From NCBI GenBank assembly GCA_951406725.2, contig OX597814.1, positions 102,796,001 to 102,860,000 of the forward strand: a DNA stretch of 64,000 nucleotides, written 5' to 3'. Every line of letters begins with the position of its first letter. The first letter of the stretch is position 1. Source of the stretch: Octopus vulgaris (taxonomy: Eukaryota). Below, one piece after another: positions 24,863-35,826 of this stretch. Both the position numbers and the translations under genes were made by a program. The notes under the pieces were generated by a model. That model had not been told where the DNA came from. It made no database searches and saw nothing but the letters and a program-made list of their open reading frames with translations.

Positions 24863-25594
24863 ATTTGCAGAGAAAGTTCGAGAGGCAGCAACTTCCTCGC
24901 GGTCGTTTCCCTGGTTGCAATCACGGCTGATGTGCCCAGTCTGCCTGCATCGATAGCAAACGGGCCCCGGTTGCATACAGTCCAGCGCCATGTGCGACCC
25001 CTAACATCTAAAACACCGACCTGAGAACGGCCGCTGTTATTGCATGGTAGGCTTCTGTACGTCTTTACGCACCTCTGTCACCGCCATCGCCTTCCGCCCA
25101 GAGTGTCGCGTCAACATGCGGGCTTGAGTCACAAGTTCGCTCAGCGCCATCTTTTTAATCCCGAGCAATCGTTGTAGGTGAATCCCTACATCGTCGGGGA
25201 ACCCATTTACAAACGCCAGTCGTGCTGCTCTCTCCAGCCCTTCTCCTGTAAACCCAACTAGCGTCGCTAACCTTCGAACTTCTGCCGCGTACTTGTCCAC
25301 TTGTCCTCCCATCCATCTGATCGTACCCAGCTTAGCAAAAGCTGTGTATTCACACTCTGTGTAGGCATCCCTCAGACGTTGCTCTATCTTTTCCTCGCTC
25401 AGACGTTCTTCCTCGTCCATCTCAAGATATAGCTTCAACGCACTCCCTTCCAAATACAGCGCCATAAGACTTGCCACATCGCTTATACCTTGCAGTTTTG
25501 CCACCAGCTTGATTTTGCGAATCCAGGCCACTACATCGCCTTCACCATTAAAGGGTCTGATGATGTCGCTGGCGATCCTGATTTTCGCTGCCAT
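24863..25594 (-). pseudogene. gag with two zinc knuckles, interrupted by stops
   Basis: 185-aa ORF (PFNGEGDVVAW...LYLEGSA) continues past TAA into CFRC*GSHMALDC and CYRCRQTGHISRDC, followed by a GGGAAAC slippery heptamer. Confidence 0.85.
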
Positions 25595-28159
25595 CGTGGT
25601 GACGTCTTATATGGAGCGCTGAAATAGCTTGTGGTGTATACGAGAGATTCGAAATAAAGGCACCTACCTTCTCTTTGCTCAGATGGAGACCCTTCAGTGG
25701 TAACGGATCCTTCAACACAGCCCGACCCGGATGCTAGAGATAGCAGCTGCTTCACCTAACCTTAACAACGTGATGACCCGTCTTGGCCCCTCGGCGACCC
25801 GACTCGAAAAGGTAGAATCCCCTGCTCGCTGCGCATCACAGCTGCCCCTTCCAGTCAGTTCCCCAGCTGCTGACGTCATCTCACAAAGTTGTTACTTCTT
25901 GGATGGCCCCTTGGTAAGTGCCCTCTGAAGTAGGAATAAAACACACCAGTAGAGTTTCAGATCTCTGCCAGGAATTACATGGGATCTCATTAAATATTTC
26001 TATTTAAGCAACCAAATTTCCCTCAATAAAAAGGAGTGTGTGTAAAGAAGTGGCCACAAGGCAGCCTTCACATAATAATCAAATCGCCATCATATCTGCT
26101 CAATAATTGAAATAAATTTCAATATCTTAATTTTCTCATTAAGAGTGTTGCTGCTTTGTTGGCCCAGTAAGTAAGGGTGTTTAAAAGTGGAGGTTTCAAA
26201 TCAGTGCCAGGAATTAGAAGGGATCTTATCAAATATTTCTATTTAATCAACCAAATATCTCTCAACAAAAGGTTGTCTGTTGCATTAACAAGGGGTCACA
26301 AGGCAGTCTTCACATTGTAACATTTCCTTCAAATCTTTATAGTAAGCCCAATAATTGAAATAAATCTAAATATCTTAATTTACTCATTTTGGTTGTTGCT
26401 ACTTTGCTGGCCCAGTATGTAGGGATGTTGAAAAGTATTAACACAATGCAGAAGTTGGGGTTTTCAGATCTCTGCCAAAAATTCCAAGTGATCATATTAA
26501 ATAGCTTCATTTTTATTTAAGCTGCCAAATTCCCCTCAACAAAAAGATTGTGTGAAGAAGAGTTCACAAGGCAGTCTTAACACAGTAACCAAATTTTTAT
26601 AGTAGGCTCAATAATTGAGATAAATTTAGATATCTTAATTTTCAAATTAAGATTGTTGCTGCTTTGATGGTCCAGAAGGTAAGGGTGTTTAGAAGTGGAG
26701 GTTTCAAATCTCTGCCAGGAATTACAAGGAATCTTATTAAATATCTTTATTTAAGTAACCAAATATCCTTCAACAAAAGATTGTGTGTTGTGTGAACAAA
26801 GGGTCACAAGGCAGCTTTCACATAGTAACCAAATTTCCTTTAAATGTTTATAGTAAGCACAGTAATTGAAATAAATCTAAATATCTTAATTTTCTTCTTC
26901 AGGTTGTTGAGGTTTTTGGTGGCCCAATAGGTATGGGTGTTGAGAAGTAGTAATACAACACATAAGTAGAGGTTTCAAGTTCCTACCAAAATTATTAGAG
27001 TTTTTTTTCAAAATGATTCCATTTTTAAGCAACTAAATTTCTATCAACAAAAAGATTGTGTGTGTCAAAGCAGCCTTGACATAATAACCAAATCATTTTC
27101 ATAATAACCCAATAATTGAAATAAATTTAAGTATCTTAATTTTCTCATTAAGATTGTTGCTGCTTTGGTGGTCCAGTAGTTAAGGTTATTTAGAAGAGGT
27201 GGTTTCAAATTTTTGCCAGAAATTACAAGGGATCTTATTTTTATTGAAGCAACCAAATTTCCTTCAACAAAAAGATTGTTCATGAAGAAGGTGTCACAAG
27301 GTAGCCTTCACATAGTAACCAAATCGCCTTCAAATCTTTGTAGCAATCCCAATAATTAAAATGAATGTAAATATCTTCATTTTCTCAGTAGGATTGTTAC
27401 TGCTTTGATGGCCCAGTAGATAACAGTGTTTAGAAGTGGTGGTTACAAAGGAAAAATATTTTTATTTAAGCAACTAAATTTTCTTCAATAAATAGATTGT
27501 GTGTATGAAGGAGCCACAAGGCAGCCTTCACATACTTAACAGATCTCCCTCAAATTTTTACAGTAAACCCAATAATTGAAATAAATTTAAATATCTTAAT
27601 TTTCTCATTAAAGTTGTTGCTGCTTAGGTAAGGGTATTTAGATAGTGGTATCATAACATAGAAGCAGAGGTTTCAAATGTTTGCCAGGAATTACAGGGTG
27701 CTCTGACTAAATATTTTCATTTTTTATCTTTAGAGATAAATAAACAAAAAATTTTAGTAAGACTCCTATTAATACAGGCCCTAGGTGAGATTGAACCCTG
27801 TCAAGGATGGTCAATGCGATTGTCTGTTTATGTCTCTACCCATGAGATCACCAAGATACTCAAGGTAAATGTAGTAAATTAATGAATAATCAAATCTATT
27901 ATAACTAAAGATAAAAAAAAATCTATCTCACCACAGCTGTAGCCCAATAATTAATCACAGAAATAGGTTTTACATATCTCTGTTTAAAATCCCAAATTTG
28001 GGGCTTAGAAAAAATTAAGGACACCTGCAATAAGTGTGTGAATCTAAGAGGGAATATTTTGAATAAAATCATACTTAACTGATCCTCCTGTATTTTCTGT
28101 TACCCAATGCCTAGAACTTTTCGGCACACCCTCATATATATGTATGTATGTATTCACTT

Positions 28160-28358
28160 TGTTGGACCACTAACCCTAACCCCATGTGGTTTTTTTCCAT
28201 CCTTTCTCTGTTTATTTCCTCTTGTTCCTTTCTATTGCAGAACATAGGCTCAAACCGTAACAGATTTTTACGAAGCATCAAACTGATACACTTGCTTGTT
28301 CTTACACTTGTCTTTATCTTTTGTTTCTCTATAAATTTGAACTATGTATGTATGTACG

Positions 28359-28400
<42 letters not shown>

Positions 28401-28540
28401 CAATTATATGTTACATTACTCGATAGTCAAGATATCTTGACTATCGAGTAATGTAACATATAATTGTATAGATAAATTTCCTCTATTTACATAATATTGA
28501 GGTCTCTTTCTTTTGTTATCTTACCGTTTTACCAATATAT
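28160..28540 (+). mobile_element. Penelope-like pLTR fragments with a 68-bp perfect palindrome
   Basis: 28160-28340 resembles the pLTR copies at about 15370-15540 and 60748-60880; perfect palindrome at 28400-28467. Confidence 0.6.
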
Positions 28541-28799
28541 ATATATATACACACACACACACATATATATACATTTAGCACATAAAAAAAATGATGGTGT
28601 AGTGCATGCAGATTGAAATCTATTGTATGTTTATGAGTTCTGTCAAATGCAAACTTTCTTTTCAGGCACATGATGCTGCTGTCCCCCATCCCAGGCCCAC
28701 ACCTTCAGGGCTGGCACACTGAAAGGTAGGTTAGGTGCGATTGTTGAGATGCTTGAATGGAGACATGTAGATTTGTGCTGCTCCTAGCCATTGCAAAAT

Positions 28800-30090
28800 G
28801 TCCTAACAGCACATCTTCACTTGTTCCAATTCAAAGCATCATTTTCCCAGTCACTTTTGTTCATATATAGTTTCTTCAGGATTTTCCTTCACACAATCTT
28901 ATATTTATACCTTTTCCTTATGTTGTGATCACTTACCAGAGTTGAGCTCCCCATGAAAAAATGCTTTGGCAATCACTCGTCTTTCATTCTAATAACATGT
29001 CCAGTCCACCTCATTTGAGACAAGATGACATATTGTACAATTCAGCTACAACATGCTCTGTGCAAAACTTCTGTATCTGGTACAAAACATTCCCCACTTG
29101 ACTCACAAGATATGCCTGAGGCAATTTTGATGAAATCTCTCCAGCATTTTCATATGACGCCTGTAAGTGGTCCATGTCTCACTCAAATAAAGTGCAGTCA
29201 TTACATTCATTTTATAGACACTGATTTTTGTCTACAGTGAAATACCTCTATCTGCCCAGACTCACTTTTCGAGCTCTCCAAATGTAACACTTCCCTGCAC
29301 TATTCAATAGTAGATCTCTACATCAAGACTACCATCTCCTGACAGTGTGCTTCCAAAGTAAACAAAAATTTCAATGATTTCTAATTTGTTCCATTCACAA
29401 AAATGTTTCGCTCAGAATGCAGTTGTCCTGGCATGGAAGTAAACGTTATGTTGTCTGAAATGTACACATGCAGTGGAGAATCTGTCCATTATATATTGCA
29501 TCTCCTCCTCCGAGTGTGCCAACAATTCAGCATCATCAGCATAAAGTAATTTTCTTACAAGTGTTTTGAAAGTCTTTGCTTTGCAGTTAAACCAGGTAAA
29601 ATTTTAAATGTGACCAGATGTCTGAAATCTGGTTTCAATTTTCCCTGTTGCTGTCTTTAAAGGCATACCAAAGCAATGCAGTAAAATAAATATAGAAAAG
29701 TGTATGGGTCAGGAATATCTCTTTGTTTGACACTGTTGTCTACCAAAAATTCACAAAATAACTTACCATTAAAGACTATCTGAGCTTTCCCGTTTCTATT
29801 TAGTTCCCTAAAAATACATACAAAATGTTTTGGGCAACCAAGTTTATACAAAACAATTCACAGCACCTCCTTGTTTACTGTGTCAAATGCCTTAGTTAAA
29901 TCTATGAAGACCTGGTATAGTGGCATTTGTTCTTCTAAGCATTTCTTTTGAACCTGTCTCACAGAAAATGTCTATTGTTTCTTGCTCAGATCTGAAACCA
30001 CACTGTTCTTTGGGAATCACATGTGGACACACATTTTCATGAGATGATCTCACATGATCCTTGAAAGTATTTTCCCAGTATGTGCCTAAA
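28800..30090 (-). mobile_element. Degenerate RTE (BovB-like) LINE of a second family
   Basis: Minus strand has VFIDLTKAFDTV, LLYADDAEL and MRWTGHVIRM...LPK..FHGEL; no PHD-like insert seen. Confidence 0.8.
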
Positions 30091-30374
30091 ACAGATTGAA
30101 ATGCAATAGATCGATACTAGGGTTATAATTATGGGTGACAATTTCATACGACACCGCTATGGAAAATGGGATTTTTTTCTAGCAGTGTCAAATGCTCGAT
30201 TTTAAAGTGGAAATATCTTACAAACTATAGAATTTTCTCAATAAAGCCCCCCCAAAATGATGTTTTATAAACACATTCTACCAGTATACGAAGTTTAAAA
30301 GCGTTTAGTTAACTAGAAATTGTGTTGACATATGCCGTTCAAAAGGAAAAGATCCGGAAATGGAAATAAATGGG

Positions 30375-31180
30375 TTAGCATGCAGTTAAAATCGTAAAAT
30401 GGTGAAAGTATATCACTTTTTAAAAATGAAAGTATATTGTGATAGAAACCGGAAGTGACGACAGTCGATTACAAATGGAACTCTTTTGATATCGATGGGT
30501 GGATTGCCTTTGTGTCTTAGTAACTTCTGCAACCATGAACTTGTCAATCATCTACTCAAATTTGATGACAGCATCTATACAGACTATAGAAAGGCGAGAG
30601 AGGCTCGACAAGAAGAAACTTAGGCGACAATGTGGGTTTAGTGATGATTTATTTACATGAACATGTGTGACGAATCAAATTTAGAGATCGAGAAAATCTA
30701 TTACAAATCTCATTTCATGCATCAATGACTGTTATGAATATTTGTATATCTAGTCTTAACACGCCTAAAATGTCGAGCGCTAGAGGAGGATAATTGCCCT
30801 CTTTTATACAACGGTGCGTCCACACACTCCTTTGCAGAAAGCATTCTGGGTTACCGGTGCTTCGTCATGTGTCTCGTCAGCCAAAAGTAGCCGGAACTTC
30901 GCCGCTATCTTTGTTTATGCCCTCAATGAATACTTGTCTGTTATGTTTTTATGTAAATGTGGGCGATCACGACCGCCTAAATGTGACTGTTTTCATCTTA
31001 TATAAAATAGATTGCCAATACTTGTATAGTTTTCCTGTTAAATATATGCACGTTTATGTATTGGATACATAATATTATGAAATTACGGGATATAACTTCC
31101 GGTTTCTATCGCAATATAATTTCATTTTATAAGGATAATTTTATTAAATTTTACGATGGTAAACTACCCTGTTGAACCAG
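30375..31180. mobile_element. Non-autonomous TIR element with ETS-site-bearing inverted repeats
   Basis: aaaatgaaagtatattgtgatagaaaccggaagt (about 30423-30456) versus acttccggtttctatcgcaatataatttcatttt (about 31095-31129); weaker pairing extends further out. Confidence 0.7.
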
Positions 31181-32429
31181 TAAATGTTTTGCAGAAAATT
31201 ATGGAGGAAGAATGGTGCATTAGCGGGCAATTATGAGAGTTAAAGATAAGAAGTAGACCAGTGACAAGAACAGTAACATATACTTGGGAGAAAAGCACAA
31301 CTGACCGTCCCTATCATAGTTTTGAACGAGGAAGCCTCTACGTAGTGGAAATTAACTATAAATCGTAACTAAATTACTATATTACAAAAAAGAAAAGAAA
31401 AAACTTGATTATAGCTGAATTGCATTTAATTATAATCAGCTTTCTGTGTTATAGCTAAAGAAATATAGTCGCCGAATTAGCAATAGTTTATCAATGAAAG
31501 ATAAAGTTCAAATCTTGCTGGTAGCGACATCACATTTTCCCCTTTGATAAAATATATTCTAGTGAAATATTGAAGCCAGTCTAAGCGACTTTGACTTTGT
31601 GCTTATCACAGAGTAATTGGTTTAAGTGTTTTTAAGTGGTTAATTGATCGAGCATTAATCGAAATCGGTTGTGGTTTTGAGTTACGTCCCCTGTTCTATT
31701 GAGTTATGGCCCTTTAAGACCACCCGTTCTCTGATCGATTACTCCTAATCACGAACTGCAAAGAAATCAATAATAACCCTTTTCCCCTCCTCCAATCAAA
31801 TGTCTGGCCTTATGCCTCCGAGTTATCGCTGGATCTGCTAGAGATAGCGAAATCTAACTTAGCATCCACAAAACAAAAATATGTGTTCAATGTTTCTAAC
31901 CAGATGTGTGAACAGGAAAAAGACGAGATGGGCATGAATAGAACGCTTTTTATAGTTTATCTTGATCGCGTCTAACATGGGCGTAGCAGCCAAACAAGGA
32001 AGAACACATCAGATAATGTACTCCTAGTTATTTCATGCTTAAAAATATAGACGAGATGGTTATTATTGAACATCTATGACGATAGATGTGCTAGATTAGG
32101 ACGATAGCGCCAACTTAACAAAGACACAATAGATTTTGCACTTTGCGACACTGCCTAAAAATAAACGATTGGAAAGCACACCACTTGAATGTCTTTCATC
32201 ACAGGTTTCCTGGGCTGGTTAATCGAGGAAGAGTAGAGGGATCCTAACAGCAACAAAGGCTACATTAATTATTGTATCCTACATGCACTGTACGTTCTAT
32301 CTTTGGCCATCGCCTGCACATCAGCATTTCATCGTCCAATTTCTCCTTTATTCAAAGTAGTAGGTGAAATTCAAGAGAATTTAGCTGCTATATTTAGCAG
32401 GTCCAGCAACGGCGTAGAGAATCCCCTCC

Positions 32430-32622
32430 ACAACGGTGGCGGTGGTTATAGCAGCAGCAGTAGTAGTAGTAGTAGTGGTGTTGGTGGTGGTGGGAGAAGA
32501 AGGAAGAGGAGGAATGCCTAATGATCATTGCAGCGTAAATCGTGTAAGGAGAGAGAGTGAGTGAGAGAGGAGGAGAGGGAGAGAATCACGTGATCGGCCG
32601 CTGCAAGGAGGTAAGATGGCGG
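32430..32622 (+). promoter_or_regulatory. Promoter/5' UTR of a housekeeping-type gene
   Basis: GA-rich tract, palindromic E-box ATCACGTGAT at 32585-32594, local CpG enrichment, YY1-like AAGATGGCGG over the start codon. Confidence 0.7.
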
Positions 32623-32723
32623 TGTCTGAATCAACAGTCCAAAATGGTGATATTACAACGTTTGGGGAGAATACAAACATTGACGACGATGATGACTATG
32701 ATCGAGATACGATATTAGAAGAG
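32616..32723 (+). CDS. First coding exon of an unidentified gene (MAVSESTVQNGDITTFGENTNIDDDDDYDRDTILEE), phase-0 intron follows
   Basis: Strong Kozak context aagATGG, acidic 36-aa peptide, consensus donor GAG|GTAAGT at 32723/32724. Confidence 0.78.
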
Positions 32724-33377
32724 GTAAGTTGTTCGTTTCGTGTTATTCAGAGAGTCCTCTTTGAAATACTCTGTTATTTTAATGTGGTTGTTGTTGAGAT
32801 TGTTATTATAAATGGAATGAGAGATTGGAGCAAGTCGGGCTTCCCCCTTTTTTTCACTCCGATCAATTTCTCAAGTCTAAACCGAACGATCCATGTTGGA
32901 GATTAACTGAAATTTGACATTGTTATATTACAGCAAACAGGTATTGACCAAAATAGAAAGCTCAAAACCAGAAGCTTAAAAAAAAACTGTGTATATACAT
33001 ACATACACACAAACATATATATATGTTTGTGTGTGTGCGCGCGTGAGTGCGTAAATAGATCTATATTTAGCCTCAGTATACACACACAGTTTATATGTAA
33101 ATATATATAATGTATGTATATACATATGCTTTATGTGTATAAATGTAATCGATGTATTTTTTACTTGTTTCCGTCATTGGATCGCGGCCATGCTGGGGCA
33201 CTACCTTGAAGGGTTTTAGTCGAACAAATCGATCTTAGAGGGTTTTTTTAAAGACTGTTACTTAATCTATCGGTTTCTCACTGAACCGCTAAGTTACGAG
33301 GACGTAAACAAACCAACGGCGGTTGTCAGGCAGTGGTGGTGGGTCTAAATTGCGAATAGACACTTTAATAATAATAA

Positions 33378-33441
<64 letters not shown>

Positions 33442-33754
33442 TAAATGCATACTTACACACACACAAGTGAGCACATAAATACGAAACAAGGTGTAAAAAA
33501 ATAGTACTTCGGAGGTAGAGTGATATGTTTTTTTTATACTAAAGTCGAAAGAATGCCATGTAATTTATAAATTGTTAACGTATGTGTACATATATTTAAT
33601 ATACGTATATATAGTATAACAGCACAGACTCATGGTTATGTGGTTAAGAAGGCTTATAATTCTATTAACAAAATTTCAATCGCCACCGTTTCCTAACTCA
33701 CGTTTACGTACATATATTTATTAATGTTTGTTTTTATGTTATCTTTGTCTTCTA

Positions 33755-34092
33755 TCTTTTACTTGTTTCAGTCATTAGACCGCAGCCATGCCGAAAAGAA
33801 CTAAAGTCGAACGAATCGACTGCATTATTTAACTTTTTAAGTCTGCTATTTTGCTATCGGTTACTATTTGCCGAACCGCTAAGTTACAGGCACGTAAACA
33901 CACCAATACCGTTTGGAAGCTGTGGTAGGGACAAACACACATACATTTATATGACATGTTTCTTTCAGTTCTCGTCTACCAAATTCATTCACAAGGCTCT
34001 TGTAGAAGACACTTGTCCAAGGTGTCCACACTGAGACTGAATCCAGAATCATGTGGTTGGAAAGCAAACTTCTTACCACCCTGCCACGCCTA
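33755..34092 (-). mobile_element. tRNA-derived SINE (3' fragment also at 33150-33345)
   Basis: Reverse complement of the 11728 family. Confidence 0.75.
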
Positions 34093-34220
34093 CTCTTTTA
34101 CATTGAACTAAAGAATATTGTAGAAAACAAATTTATTATTTTCTAACAAGAATTGTATTCACTGTGACTTCAAACTTTCAACCAGTTAAACAATCGTTGC
34201 ACTGTCCAGTGATGGCTTAG

Positions 34221-34270
<50 letters not shown>

Positions 34271-34299
34271 GGAGCATTCACACAACATTCCCTCATGAC

Positions 34300-35460
34300 A
34301 TAAATAAAGTGGCTAGGCTGCAAAAGATTGCTAGCTACAGAAACTCAGAAACTGGAAAAGTGGTTTTAAGAATTCTTAAGAGATAGAAACCAGGCTGTAG
34401 CAGCCAATAGGGGCTCTCTCCAAAGAGACATTAATAGCAAGCGGAGTGCCTCAGTGAACTGTCTTGGTGCTACTGCTGTTTATGATAGCTCTCTTGGACA
34501 TGTCATCAGTTACACTGACACCCACTCTTACTAGCTATTCTGATGACACAAAAGCAGTCAAGGAATGTTTTGATGCTAAAAACCTAAATGCCATATATAA
34601 ATGGGCTTTAAAATAAAGCATACAGTTTAATACAGGAATATTCCAAGCTCTCCACTATCAGTCAACTTGTGCTAACATGCTACAACAAAAATACTTTGGA
34701 GCCAAAGGAGCTGAAATCCCAGAGTCAGAGTGCATGATCTGGGGGTTGATATGAACAATGATGCCTCATTTCATGTACATATCACCAAGAGGTGGCAGTG
34801 TACAGGTAACTGGCCAGATGGATTCTGAGAACTTTCAGAACAAGGGACCAGGAAACTATGCTGGTTCTATGGAGGACATTTGTCCTCAGCTGTTTGGACT
34901 ATTGCTCTTAACTGTGGTTGTCGCACAGTATCAAATCAATAATGGAACTTCAAGCAGTTTAGCAGTACTACACTAGGAAAGTGCATCAATGAAACTGCTG
35001 AGTTATTGGGAAAGACTGAAAGAATTACACCCTTAGTCTCTTGAGCTGACAGGAGAGATATGCAGTGATATATATATGGAAGATCAAGAAGGGGTTGGCA
35101 TTGAGAGTGATTTATACCAGCCCTGAACTGGACATCACTGCTCTATCTCAACAGTCTCACATGTCCTGTCTAGAGTGGGAACCATGTACTGCAAGAGCTT
35201 GGGATTCAAAGTGCACCAGCTATTTAATATCATGCCAAAAAATCTGAGCAATTTACATGTAGTGGTGATAGATGTTTTCAAGAAACAACTTGATTGCCTG
35301 CTGTCCAAGGTCCCACCATGAACCTACATCACAACAAGAAACTCTAAAGAGGGCTACAATATCAAACTTCCTTCACCAAAACTAACTGTTGAAAAGGTGA
35401 TAATACAGACAATGCCCCAGCATGGCCACATTTTTTAAAGTCTAAAATGCATAAAAGAAT
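34300..35460 (+). mobile_element. Degenerate CR1-group LINE 3' part
   Basis: SGVPQ*TVL, SYSDDTK, LSYWERLKEL-type motifs; tail gccccagcatggcc shared with the SINEs. Confidence 0.75.
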
Positions 35461-35826
35461 ATATGTATGTATATTATCATCATCATTTAATGTTCACTTT
35501 CCATGCTAGCATGGGTTGGATGTTCTAACAAGAGCTGGCTAGGTAGAAGAGTGCACCAGGCTTCAGTGTCTGATTTCATATGGTTTCTCTGGCTGGATGC
35601 CCTTCTTAACACCAAGCACCCTGCAGAGTGGACTGAGTGTGTTTAACATGCCACAAGCACAGGCAAGGTCAGTTTTGGCATAGTTTTTGCAGCTGGTTGG
35701 CATTTGGAATGCTTTTTACATGGCACCACCACTAGCAGCATCAACAAATAACTTGCATATCATAATCATCGATTAACGTCCGTTTTCCATGCTGGACATT
35801 AATATATATATAAACACACACACACA

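Larger units (their letters stand above)
23954..25885 (-). mobile_element. Internally deleted Ty3/gypsy LTR retrotransposon with 5-bp TSD
   Basis: TG...CA LTRs at 25630-25885 (5') and 23954-24213 (3'); TSD AAGTT on both sides; purine-rich tract next to the 3' LTR; gag and integrase-tail remnants. Confidence 0.93.
19415..27725. repeat. ~250-bp tandem satellite (about 11 units) split by an RTE and a gypsy element
   Basis: Landmark aataattgaaat(aaatttaaatatcttaat) near 19544, 19803, 23654, 23909, 26102, 26351, 26611, 26862, 27111, 27351 and 27571. Confidence 0.9.

Noticed and set aside
19415-27725. Regularly spaced repeats as a CRISPR-like array
   Set aside because: The entire unit is homologous with no unique spacers, there are no cas genes, and the context is eukaryotic.
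32724-32906. Extension of the 96-aa ORF past DTILEE
   Set aside because: A consensus splice donor at 32724 and T-rich intron-like sequence indicate read-through into the intron.
33289-33489. ORFs containing YIYIYI or VCVCVC runs here and elsewhere
   Set aside because: Translations of (TA)n and (TG)n microsatellites.
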